From: a virus
Reading direction: 5' to 3' (one strand)
DNA: 11,181 nucleotides
IMG/VR virus record: IMGVR_UViG_3300023196_002342
The position numbers and the translations under genes were made by a program. The notes beneath the pieces were generated by a model. It did no database searches. It saw nothing but the letters and a program-made list of their open reading frames with translations, and was not told where the DNA came from. Of the stretch, positions 1-5,918 are shown piece after piece (position 1 is the stretch's first letter; each line of letters opens with the position of its first letter).

Positions 1-55
1 TACTTAATTAATTATAATTAATTAATTAATAAATATAATAATAAGAGATAATATG
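1..55. repeat. Left copy of an exact 55-bp direct terminal repeat (identical to 11127-11181). Indicates a circular or circularly permuted genome, most likely a k-mer-length assembly overlap.
   Basis: Base-by-base comparison: tacttaattaattataattaattaattaataaatataataataagagataatatg occurs at both ends of the window. Confidence 0.9.
4..25. repeat. Perfect 22-bp palindrome TTAATTAATTATAATTAATTAA built from TTAA units, about 30 bp upstream of the first plus-strand gene. The same element recurs at 11130-11151 inside the terminal overlap.
   Basis: The reverse complement of 4-25 equals the sequence itself. It is low-complexity and AT-only. Confidence 0.6.
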
Positions 56-469
56 AGTACCATAACCCTTAGTATACCCCAAGAAGTGAAGGATAAGCTA
101 ACAAAAGAAGCTAATTATAGTGCATTAGTAACTAGATTAGTAAAAGAACACTACTCTAAGGCAGATGACCCTGAGATATTAAAGATTAAAAGGAAACAGC
201 TAGAGGAAGAGATGAAAGAGAAGTTAAAAGATTTTGATTATAAAATTGAGATTGTTGAGAAAGAAAGGGATACGATTGATAAGGTTAAGAAACAGAATAT
301 TAAAAGAGTTAAGGATAAAAGTGAGAGTATTAAAAAGAACTTCAAGGATATAGCAAAACGAGATATAACAGATACAGAGTTAAAAGAGGCTATAAGGAGA
401 ATGAATAACCCAGAAATAGATGACTTTAACATATGGGCATTTGTTGAAGAATTAAATGAAGATTCTTAA
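53..469 (+). CDS. Ribbon-helix-helix (CopG/Arc-like) N-terminal domain followed by a long, highly charged coiled-coil-like region. Likely a DNA-binding regulator, and a speculative small-terminase candidate.
   Basis: 138-aa ORF. The N-terminus ITLSIPQEVKDKLTKEANYSALVTRLVKEHY fits a beta-strand/helix/helix RHH pattern. The remainder is K/E-rich heptad-like sequence. It is the first gene after the control region, and its 3' end overlaps the next gene by 14 nt. Confidence 0.5.
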   Translation: MSTITLSIPQEVKDKLTKEANYSALVTRLVKEHYSKADDPEILKIKRKQLEEEMKEKLKDFDYKIEIVEKERDTIDKVKKQNIKRVKDKSESIKKNFKDIAKRDITDTELKEAIRRMNNPEIDDFNIWAFVEELNEDS

Positions 470-1058
470 TTTGTATGCTGGAATAGGGGGGAATCGTAGA
501 TTATGGGGTAATCAGCATGATATAACAGCTGTTGAAATAAACCCAAAAATAGCTGAAATATATGGGAGCTTCTTTCCAAATGATACCATTATAATAGGAG
601 ACGCTCACCAATATTTATTAGAACACTTTGAGGAGTTTGATTTTATATGGAGTTCACCTCCATGCCCTAGTCATAGCAAGGTTAGAAAAGCAACTCACCA
701 ACAAAATAAACCTATCTTTCCTAACATGGAGCTATATGAAGAGATTTTGTTTTTGAAAGGTTATTTTAAAGGAAAATGGGTTATTGAGAATGTAATCCCT
801 TGGTATGAGCCTTTAATTAAAGGTAAGAAAATAGGAGGGCATTTATATTGGAGTAATTTTATAATAAATGAAATAAAAGGGTATGGAAGTAGAGAGCATG
901 ATTCTAAAGTAGAGGTCTTACAAAAAAGAAAAGGATTTGATTTATCTAAATATGAGGGTATCGATAAAAAATTAATATTAAGAAATTGCGTAGAATCTGA
1001 GTTTGGTTTGCATATTCTTGAATCATCAACCAATAAAATACAAAAAACCTTAATATAA
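456..1058 (+). CDS. Compact DNA (cytosine-5)-methyltransferase-like protein, 200 aa.
   Basis: Motif I LNLYAGIGG (FxGxG type), motif II AVEINP, motif IV SSPPCPSHS (catalytic Pro-Cys), motif VI VIENV, and a C-terminal RNCVESEFGLHIL resembling motif X (GN.V..). The motif order matches the C5-MTase family. Confidence 0.75.
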   Translation: MKILNLYAGIGGNRRLWGNQHDITAVEINPKIAEIYGSFFPNDTIIIGDAHQYLLEHFEEFDFIWSSPPCPSHSKVRKATHQQNKPIFPNMELYEEILFLKGYFKGKWVIENVIPWYEPLIKGKKIGGHLYWSNFIINEIKGYGSREHDSKVEVLQKRKGFDLSKYEGIDKKLILRNCVESEFGLHILESSTNKIQKTLI

Positions 1059-1111
1059 TATGTATACTAAAGAATAGAAAGGTTTATAAAGGTTACTTTC
1101 TAACTAACTAT

Positions 1112-1170
1112 GTAGATTAGGGATAAAGAATGATTCTAAATCACTCTCTTTTTCATCTTCCCTAGTCTAC
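1112..1170. promoter_or_regulatory. 12-bp inverted repeat GTAGATTAGGGA (1112-1123) / TCCCTAGTCTAC (1159-1170) with one G:T position. It encloses an inner AGAATGATTCT palindrome. Candidate operator or stem-loop in the 122-bp gap before the second RHH gene.
   Basis: Arms paired manually: 11 Watson-Crick pairs plus 1 G:T. Lies in the only sizeable intergenic gap of the plus-strand block, ending 10 nt before the ATG at 1181. Confidence 0.5.
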
Positions 1171-1180
1171 AAGAAATAAA

Positions 1181-1321
1181 ATGGTAAAAACATTAAATGT
1201 AGCATTTGAAGAAGAACACTTTAAGGAACTTAAAGAAATAAAAGATAATTCTAAACTTAGTGGTAAGGCTAATAGTTGGGAAGCTTTTATTTTATGGAAG
1301 TGTGGGGTTAAAATAAAATGA
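1181..1321 (+). CDS. Small ribbon-helix-helix-like protein, 46 aa (MVKTLNVAFEEEHFKELKEIKDNSKLSGKANSWEAFILWKCGVKIK).
   Basis: Translated by hand and below the ORF-track size cutoff. KTLNVAF strand plus two helices fits the RHH pattern. The stop overlaps the next ATG (ATGA at 1318-1321). Confidence 0.45.
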   Translation: MVKTLNVAFEEEHFKELKEIKDNSKLSGKANSWEAFILWKCGVKIK

Positions 1322-1461
1322 CAGACAAAAAAACCACCTTAGAAATTGCTAATAAAATTTGTTATATGCTTTTTAATAAAGAGTTCAAAGAATTAACAGA
1401 AACAGAAAAGCAAGAATTTAAAAAATTTATATTAGAATGTGAGGGTATAACAATAAAATAA
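1318..1461 (+). CDS. Hypothetical small protein, 47 aa (MTDKKTTLEIANKICYMLFNKEFKELTETEKQEFKKFILECEGITIK).
   Basis: Hand-translated ORF. Translationally coupled to the upstream ORF (ATGA), and ends 1 nt before the next ATG. A GGGGT Shine-Dalgarno-like element lies about 10 nt upstream. Confidence 0.4.
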   Translation: MTDKKTTLEIANKICYMLFNKEFKELTETEKQEFKKFILECEGITIK

Positions 1462-1462
1462 A

Positions 1463-1705
1463 ATGGGAAAATATAACCTATGTGCAACCAAAGAAGATTG
1501 GGAAAATCTATACAAAGAAGTAGAGGCTTTGGGTTTTGATGTGAAACACTTTAAGAAAAGCCAATCTTTTGATAGTGCACTAGTTCAGTTGGACATTATG
1601 AAAGATAAGAAAGAAGAAAATAAAATGACATGTGATTGCGGAAATGAAATAAAAGAATATCCAGAGGGAGATGATACTTTGGAAATATGCGAGGAATGTA
1701 GATAA
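1463..1705 (+). CDS. Hypothetical protein with a C-terminal zinc-ribbon-like motif (CDCG...x16...CEEC).
   Basis: 80-aa ORF from the track. Four Cys arranged CxC/CxxC at the C-terminus. Tightly packed within the operon. Confidence 0.55.
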   Translation: MGKYNLCATKEDWENLYKEVEALGFDVKHFKKSQSFDSALVQLDIMKDKKEENKMTCDCGNEIKEYPEGDDTLEICEECR

Positions 1706-1706
1706 A

Positions 1707-1889
1707 ATGATAGAAGATAAGAAATTAAAAATTAAAGTGGGTTCAAAAGAAGAAGCATACTGGTCTGAAGTTGTAGACAATGCTACATCACAGGTTGAAG
1801 ATATGGAAAAAGCCTTGAAATTTCAAAAAGCTGTTTTAGATATGGCTAAAGATAAATTGTTGAAAGGAGGTATTGATAATGATAATTGA
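1707..1889 (+). CDS. Hypothetical helical protein, 60 aa. Start moved to the ATG at 1707.
   Basis: The track ORF 1671-1889 would overlap the previous gene by 35 nt. The in-frame ATG at 1707 sits 1 nt after the upstream stop, with GAGGAA about 10 nt upstream. Confidence 0.5.
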   Translation: MIEDKKLKIKVGSKEEAYWSEVVDNATSQVEDMEKALKFQKAVLDMAKDKLLKGGIDNDN

Positions 1890-2331
1890 AGAAAAAACAG
1901 AAGCTCTAACAAACACTAATAAGCCTATGGTAAAATGGGTAATTAGTGGTAAAAAGTTTAATACCTTTAACGAGGATTATAATAAGTTTAAACTGGGTGA
2001 CTATGTTAAACTAACTACTGAAGTTAATGGAAAATATACCAATATTAAGACTATGGAGTTATCAACCCCAGAAGAAAGCCAAAAAGAAGCTCAAAATGGC
2101 TCTAATACGCTTACAAATGAAGCGGGTGAGATAATTAAAGGTATAATAATTAATAAAACTCAGTCTCCTAACTCCTATGAATTTGGAAAAGCTGGAAATA
2201 GGTTTAAATTATACTTTGAAGATGTTGAAGATTTAAAGCATAAGATAGAAGAATTAATTGCTGAAGGGTTATATTTACCAGATGTTAATGAATCTTTAGA
2301 GATTCAACCTAGTGAATTTGGTAAAGAATAA
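1879..2331 (+). CDS. Hypothetical protein, 150 aa. The N-terminal half is beta-rich and could be a small OB/SH3-like fold. Function unknown.
   Basis: The track starts at TTG 1873. The ATG at 1879 lies 8 nt downstream of a strong AGGAGG (1865-1870). No catalytic motif recognised. Confidence 0.6.
   Translation: MIIEEKTEALTNTNKPMVKWVISGKKFNTFNEDYNKFKLGDYVKLTTEVNGKYTNIKTMELSTPEESQKEAQNGSNTLTNEAGEIIKGIIINKTQSPNSYEFGKAGNRFKLYFEDVEDLKHKIEELIAEGLYLPDVNESLEIQPSEFGKE
2289..2306. terminator. Perfect 7-bp stem with a 4-nt loop, TGAATCT-TTAG-AGATTCA, at the point where the two convergent gene blocks meet. Candidate bidirectional transcription stop or RNA-stability element.
   Basis: Arms verified base by base. 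The hairpin covers the stop codon of the Hjc-like gene (2304-2306) and lies inside the 3' end of the 150-aa plus-strand gene. No flanking U-tract. Confidence 0.3.
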
Positions 2332-2645
2332 ATACATTTAATCTCTTTTTGAGAGGGTGAACCTGTACCTTTACGATAATATATCCACAATTCTGCCCGG
2401 GTTTTGTTTGTCATCGCAAATTGTTTTATCCTCTCAAATTGAGATTTTTCTTTTTTACTAGGATAATATTTTTTTTTAATTGTTTCTTTAACTTCTACTA
2501 ATAAAATTAATCTGCCATCTTTAATAATCATAAAGTCAGCTCCTATCTGGGCAATAGCTATTTTTAAGACAGAGTCTTTGCCGTAAATATTTTCAAGTTC
2601 TTTCTTTGCTTTATATTCACCAACATAACCGCTTCTATATGTCAT
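2304..2645 (-). CDS. hjc: Archaeal-type Holliday junction resolvase (Hjc family, PD-(D/E)xK nuclease).
   Basis: 113 aa. YRSG..GEYKAKKELE (N-terminal Glu), GADFMII (Asp) and LLVEVKET (E-x-K), followed by KKKYY...F....., are collinear with the Hjc pattern (YRKG..AEREL...VDLVA...IEVK...KK..Y) at the same length. Confidence 0.75.
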   Translation of the reverse strand: MTYRSGYVGEYKAKKELENIYGKDSVLKIAIAQIGADFMIIKDGRLILLVEVKETIKKKYYPSKKEKSQFERIKQFAMTNKTRAELWIYYRKGTGSPSQKEIKCIYSLPNSLG

Positions 2646-2761
2646 AGTCCAGATTCTTTAAATTCATTATAACAACCCCAACAAGTGTACCCCTCATCAG
2701 CATTACCATAACCCTCATCATATTCTAGGTCTGGTCTATCTCCGCATTTTCTACATTCCAT
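2642..2761 (-). CDS. Zinc-ribbon miniprotein, 39 aa (MECRKCGDRPDLEYDEGYGNADEGYTCWGCYNEFKESGL).
   Basis: Hand-translated. CxxC...x19...CxxC. The stop overlaps the hjc ATG (ATGA), and its ATG lies 2 nt after the fibre gene stop. Confidence 0.5.
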   Translation of the reverse strand: MECRKCGDRPDLEYDEGYGNADEGYTCWGCYNEFKESGL

Positions 2762-2763
2762 TT

Positions 2764-3987
2764 TTAAGCATTCTCCGCTATAATATGCCAGTTACTCCCA
2801 TCACATATTATAGTTATAAAATTAGTTCCTGAAGATAAACTTTTTGTTGTAGAACCATCTATCGTTTCACTTGAATTACCATCTAGTGTAACAACTCCTC
2901 CTGCCGCACTAATATTTTTTACGGTTAATACTCTTCCTGCTGAACCTGAGGCTGCGGGTAGTGCTATTGTTGTTACTCCCCCCATCATACTTTGTTGATT
3001 TACTAATAAAACACATTCATCAATTGCTACGGTATGGGTAGCATTTCCATTATCTGTAACAGTGTCTTGTTGTAATGCTAAACTTCCCGCTACGTGTAAA
3101 TGGTGTAATGGACTTGTCGTATTTATTCCAACATAGCCATCTTTAGTAATTCTCATTCGTGTAACTAAACTTGTACTTGACGCTGTTTGTAAACTTATTC
3201 TTCCAGGTGTTGCACTACTTGGTGTTGCATCTGCTGTAAATAATATTCTTGCTGAATTTTGGTCTGAACTCCCATCATAACCCAAACCTCTCATTTCCCA
3301 TATTGCATCGCCATGATTTATTGCCGCGGGACTTGCTAAACTTCCTCTATAAGCATAGGCATCTAGTTTAACATGACTTGATGCAGCTCTATAACTTGAC
3401 ATTGTAGTTATACAAGTTGAGCCATCATTTATTATTTGTAAATCTGTTACAGGTGTTGCTGTGTTTATTCCAACTCTACCATTTGCACCATCAACAAAGA
3501 ACGCATTTTCGTTATTGCTACTTTCTACCCTAAAATCTACATCTGAACCCTGTTCGTTAAAAACTGCTTTACCTGTTACATACAATGCTATATCAGAATT
3601 AGCCGTAGTAGTTCCTCCAACAACAACGCTGTCAACTGTTCCACTGGAATCCGTTGGGTGTAATACTGTTCCTGTGTCTGTCCATTCACTACTTCCCCCT
3701 GCTGCTGCCCATTTTATACCTGTTGCTTCTCCACTATCTGCTGTTAAAACTTGGTCATTACTTCCAACGCCTAACCTTGTTATAGTTGAACCATTATTAA
3801 CTATAACATCTCCTTTGGTGGTTGTGGGGTCAGTTAATAAAGAACCTGCTTCCGTTTTCAAAGCTCCCTCTTTTATTGCTGAAACATTAGGAAGATATAA
3901 CTCAGAATTATCAGTTTTTGCTGGTTGTCCAAAACCCATCAATTTCTTTATTGGGTCTGCTTTTCTTCCGCTACCTTGTCCGCCCAT
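2764..3987 (-). CDS. Tail fibre / receptor-binding protein-like, 407 aa, rich in G/S/T/A/N.
   Basis: The N-proximal GDVIVNNGSTITRLGVGSNDQVLTADSGEATGIKWAAAGG block is typical of phage fibre shaft/anchor regions. The rest has long beta-type low-charge composition and a C-terminal ...TLDGNSSETIDGS....ITIICDGSNWHII module. AGGAGGG lies 8 nt upstream of the ATG. The gene sits distal to the head genes. Confidence 0.6.
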   Translation of the reverse strand: MGGQGSGRKADPIKKLMGFGQPAKTDNSELYLPNVSAIKEGALKTEAGSLLTDPTTTKGDVIVNNGSTITRLGVGSNDQVLTADSGEATGIKWAAAGGSSEWTDTGTVLHPTDSSGTVDSVVVGGTTTANSDIALYVTGKAVFNEQGSDVDFRVESSNNENAFFVDGANGRVGINTATPVTDLQIINDGSTCITTMSSYRAASSHVKLDAYAYRGSLASPAAINHGDAIWEMRGLGYDGSSDQNSARILFTADATPSSATPGRISLQTASSTSLVTRMRITKDGYVGINTTSPLHHLHVAGSLALQQDTVTDNGNATHTVAIDECVLLVNQQSMMGGVTTIALPAASGSAGRVLTVKNISAAGGVVTLDGNSSETIDGSTTKSLSSGTNFITIICDGSNWHIIAENA

Positions 3988-3988
3988 T

Positions 3989-4117
3989 CTAACAGCCCTC
4001 CTGTTCTAGTGTTGGGTCTTCTGCTGTGATAGTTGTACCCGCGACTAATCCCTCAGTATTTGGATAGTCTGTTCTTATAAATCGAGTTCCTATTGAGCCA
4101 GTTCCTACATTTACCAT
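3989..4117 (-). CDS. Possible small ORF, 42 aa (MVNVGTGSIGTRFIRTDYPNTEGLVAGTTITAEDPTLEQEGC).
   Basis: Hand-translated. Fills the gap between the 60-aa ORF and the fibre gene, and its stop lies 1 nt before the fibre ATG. No clear Shine-Dalgarno element. Confidence 0.3.
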   Translation of the reverse strand: MVNVGTGSIGTRFIRTDYPNTEGLVAGTTITAEDPTLEQEGC

Positions 4118-4140
4118 AACTATGTAAAGTTCTAAAGTTT

Positions 4141-4323
4141 TTATTTCTTTTCTTTTGGTTTAGAAGTTTCAGAAGTAGATTTCTCATCTTTAGGATTAGG
4201 TTTAGCTACTGGGTCTGGTGTATCTGGATATTTTGCTTCTAAGTCTGCAACAGCCTTTAAATTATTAGTTTCTAGAAAATGAGCTTTTAACCTAGTTAAT
4301 GTTTCTTTAGTCATTTTAAGCAT
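4141..4323 (-). CDS. Hypothetical small protein with a helical N-terminus and a disordered Pro/Lys-rich tail. The alternative start at 4314 gives 57 aa.
   Basis: 60-aa ORF overlapping the capsid gene stop by 8 nt. Its position just after the capsid gene suggests a head completion or accessory role. No motif recognised. Confidence 0.45.
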   Translation of the reverse strand: MLKMTKETLTRLKAHFLETNNLKAVADLEAKYPDTPDPVAKPNPKDEKSTSETSKPKEKK

Positions 4324-5179
4324 CTGTGTTAGTAATCAAACATACAGCACGAGGGTCTGTAAGCAATGTTATTCCTAATTCATAAACCCTAAATTTAGTA
4401 CCTATACCTCTATCTTCAATAGCTACGCTAGTTGTATTAGTGTGACTCTTCCATGTTGCTGCCGCTGCTGGTATTAAAACTGGTGCTGAATCTGCTACAA
4501 CATTATTAGAGACTCTTACCTTTAATCCTAAAAACTCCATTAAAACTCCATTCTTTACCTTTTCACTTGCAAACTGTGGGATACTTGCTCCTTTAGTAGA
4601 AATAAGCCATGTTAAAAGACTTGTCTTTTGTTTTGGATTTAACCATAATTCACCTTGTGAAATATCATAATTATAATCTTCTATATCTTCGATAGCTCCT
4701 AGTATGTCTTTTATTGGGTCTTGTCCGCTTCCCGCATCCCATGCAGCAGTACTTGCAACTGTGCTTATTGTTGATGGACTTTGATTTTCTGTAATTACAT
4801 TGTAAATATCTGTATCTACTTGTTTTACTACTGCCCTTGTTAATCTTAATAGTGTTCTTGCTACTACATCAATATCGCTGCTTTTCATGTCTTCCATAGA
4901 AATAGTATCCTCAGCTGCATATTTTTGAACATAACTTGTATTTCTTGTCCATGTTGCTTCTAAAGTTGGGAATAATGATAATGGTGAAACATCACTAATA
5001 ACTGTTGGAGCTGTTGGAGTTAAATCCGCTGCGGTTTCCTGGTACCATCTTATATGGTCAGCTGTTGTTGTGCTATTAGTAATAGCCGATTTAAAAATAT
5101 AATTAACTAATGCAAAACCTTTAACTGTCTTATCTATATCCAGTCCTCTAATATCAGCCATTTCAACACTATCTGCCAT
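4316..5179 (-). CDS. Major capsid protein, HK97-fold family, with no delta domain.
   Basis: 287 aa. Blocks KYAAEDTISMEDMKSSDIDVVARTLLRLTRAVVKQVDTDIYN, DPIKDILGAIEDIEDYNYD...LWLNPKQKTSL and EFLGLKVRVSNNV match conserved HK97-type capsid signatures. GGAGGT lies 7 nt upstream. Follows the scaffold and decoration genes. Confidence 0.8.
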   Translation of the reverse strand: MADSVEMADIRGLDIDKTVKGFALVNYIFKSAITNSTTTADHIRWYQETAADLTPTAPTVISDVSPLSLFPTLEATWTRNTSYVQKYAAEDTISMEDMKSSDIDVVARTLLRLTRAVVKQVDTDIYNVITENQSPSTISTVASTAAWDAGSGQDPIKDILGAIEDIEDYNYDISQGELWLNPKQKTSLLTWLISTKGASIPQFASEKVKNGVLMEFLGLKVRVSNNVVADSAPVLIPAAAATWKSHTNTTSVAIEDRGIGTKFRVYELGITLLTDPRAVCLITNTDA

Positions 5180-5574
5180 TATGAACCTCCTACTAGAACT
5201 TCAATAACTTCTGCTGCTGATGCTGTTTCTAGTGCAATACCTACACCCTTACCCGCTGCCAATTCTGCTTCTGTTGCTGTTTTAATTGTATTAGTTCCGC
5301 CAGTGCTTACCCATGCTCCTGCTGTAATTCCTGCACCTGAATCCGTTAAATCAAAAATACCTCTTCTAAATAATGCTAATTGTGTTCTCCCGTCACTTGC
5401 TACTTTTTCCCTTGCTGCTATTCCTGCGAATACATCACCACTTCCATTATTCGCAGCTGCTGTTCTTGGGTCTGTTAGTTCGCAAATAGTTCCTTTTTCA
5501 ATACCTGCACCATCTGCCACTGTGAAATTCATTGGGTCATCAATTCGTAATTTTAAAACTGCTTCGTTAGCCAT
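5179..5574 (-). CDS. DUF2190-like head decoration / capsid cement protein.
   Basis: 131 aa, Gly/Ala-rich. GDVFAGIAAREKVASDGRTQLALFRRGIFDL...GKGVGIALETASAAEVIEVLV resembles the DUF2190 pattern. Sits immediately upstream of the capsid gene with a TAATG overlap. Confidence 0.6.
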   Translation of the reverse strand: MANEAVLKLRIDDPMNFTVADGAGIEKGTICELTDPRTAAANNGSGDVFAGIAAREKVASDGRTQLALFRRGIFDLTDSGAGITAGAWVSTGGTNTIKTATEAELAAGKGVGIALETASAAEVIEVLVGGS

Positions 5575-5594
5575 AAATATTTATAATTTCCTTT

Positions 5595-5602
5595 TATATA
5601 AA
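5595..5602 (-). promoter_or_regulatory. TTTATATA (minus strand) in the 43-bp gap upstream of the decoration and capsid genes. Candidate internal TATA-type promoter element.
   Basis: The 8-mer ends 20 nt upstream of the ATG at 5574. It lies in one of the few non-overlapping junctions in the late block. Specificity is weak in an AT-rich genome. Confidence 0.2.
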
Positions 5603-5617
5603 TCTTTCGTTAATTTA

Positions 5618-5908
5618 CTACTTTTCCTCAATTAAACCCTTTAAGGCTAATTGTGAATATTCAACAGGTGAAATATCCTTTTCATTCGTTATAGGACTTC
5701 CCTGACTTTGTCCGCCTAAAATGTTTTGTGCTACTAATTGTTCTTGTTTCTTCATTAACTCCTCTGTTTTTTTGTTCGCGGCTTCAATCCTTTCAGCTGT
5801 CTCAGTTGCTCTGTCAATAATATTATTGACTTTCGAGTCATTCCCGTTATCAGTATTCCCTCCTGTCTTAGTTGATTCTTCGTTTTCGTTTTCTTCTTCT
5901 TCACTCAT
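5618..5908 (-). CDS. Scaffolding protein-like: acidic N-terminus with a helical coiled-coil core.
   Basis: 96 aa, MSEEEENENEE... then IIDRATETAERIEAANKKTEELMKKQEQLVAQ. Located just upstream of the decoration and capsid genes, and no prohead protease is present. AGGAGGT lies upstream. Confidence 0.5.
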   Translation of the reverse strand: MSEEEENENEESTKTGGNTDNGNDSKVNNIIDRATETAERIEAANKKTEELMKKQEQLVAQNILGGQSQGSPITNEKDISPVEYSQLALKGLIEEK

Positions 5909-5918
5909 TTTTACCTCC

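Noticed and set aside
1-55. The 55-bp terminal repeat as a genuine biological direct terminal repeat (DTR) of a linear genome.
   Set aside because: This cannot be excluded. However, an exact overlap of this short fixed length that runs into a start codon is more typical of a de Bruijn k-mer overlap on a circular or permuted sequence. I treat it as evidence of closure only, not as the physical ends.
238-432. Minus-strand ORFs of 64, 90 and 66 aa (238-432, 761-1033, 1580-1780) inside the plus-strand block.
   Set aside because: They are antisense to better-supported plus-strand genes (RHH protein, methyltransferase, Zn-ribbon gene). Their peptides are hydrophobic and low-complexity, typical of AT-rich reverse frames.
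2764-2800. The N-terminal GGQGSGRK of the 407-aa protein as a small-terminase-like signature.
   Set aside because: It is a short Gly/Arg-rich motif only. The rest of the protein is clearly fibre-like, and the gene lies at the distal end of the late operon.
3461-4009. 182-aa plus-strand ORF antisense to the fibre gene. Similar long antisense ORFs occur at 5303-5635, 5721-5936, 5872-6084, 6334-6828, 7068-7283 and 10215-10679.
   Set aside because: Each lies fully inside a well-supported minus-strand gene. Their translations are low-complexity (L/P/S/V/F-rich) with no motifs or ribosome-binding sites. They are the expected stop-free shadow frames of G/A/S/T-rich or biased coding sequence.
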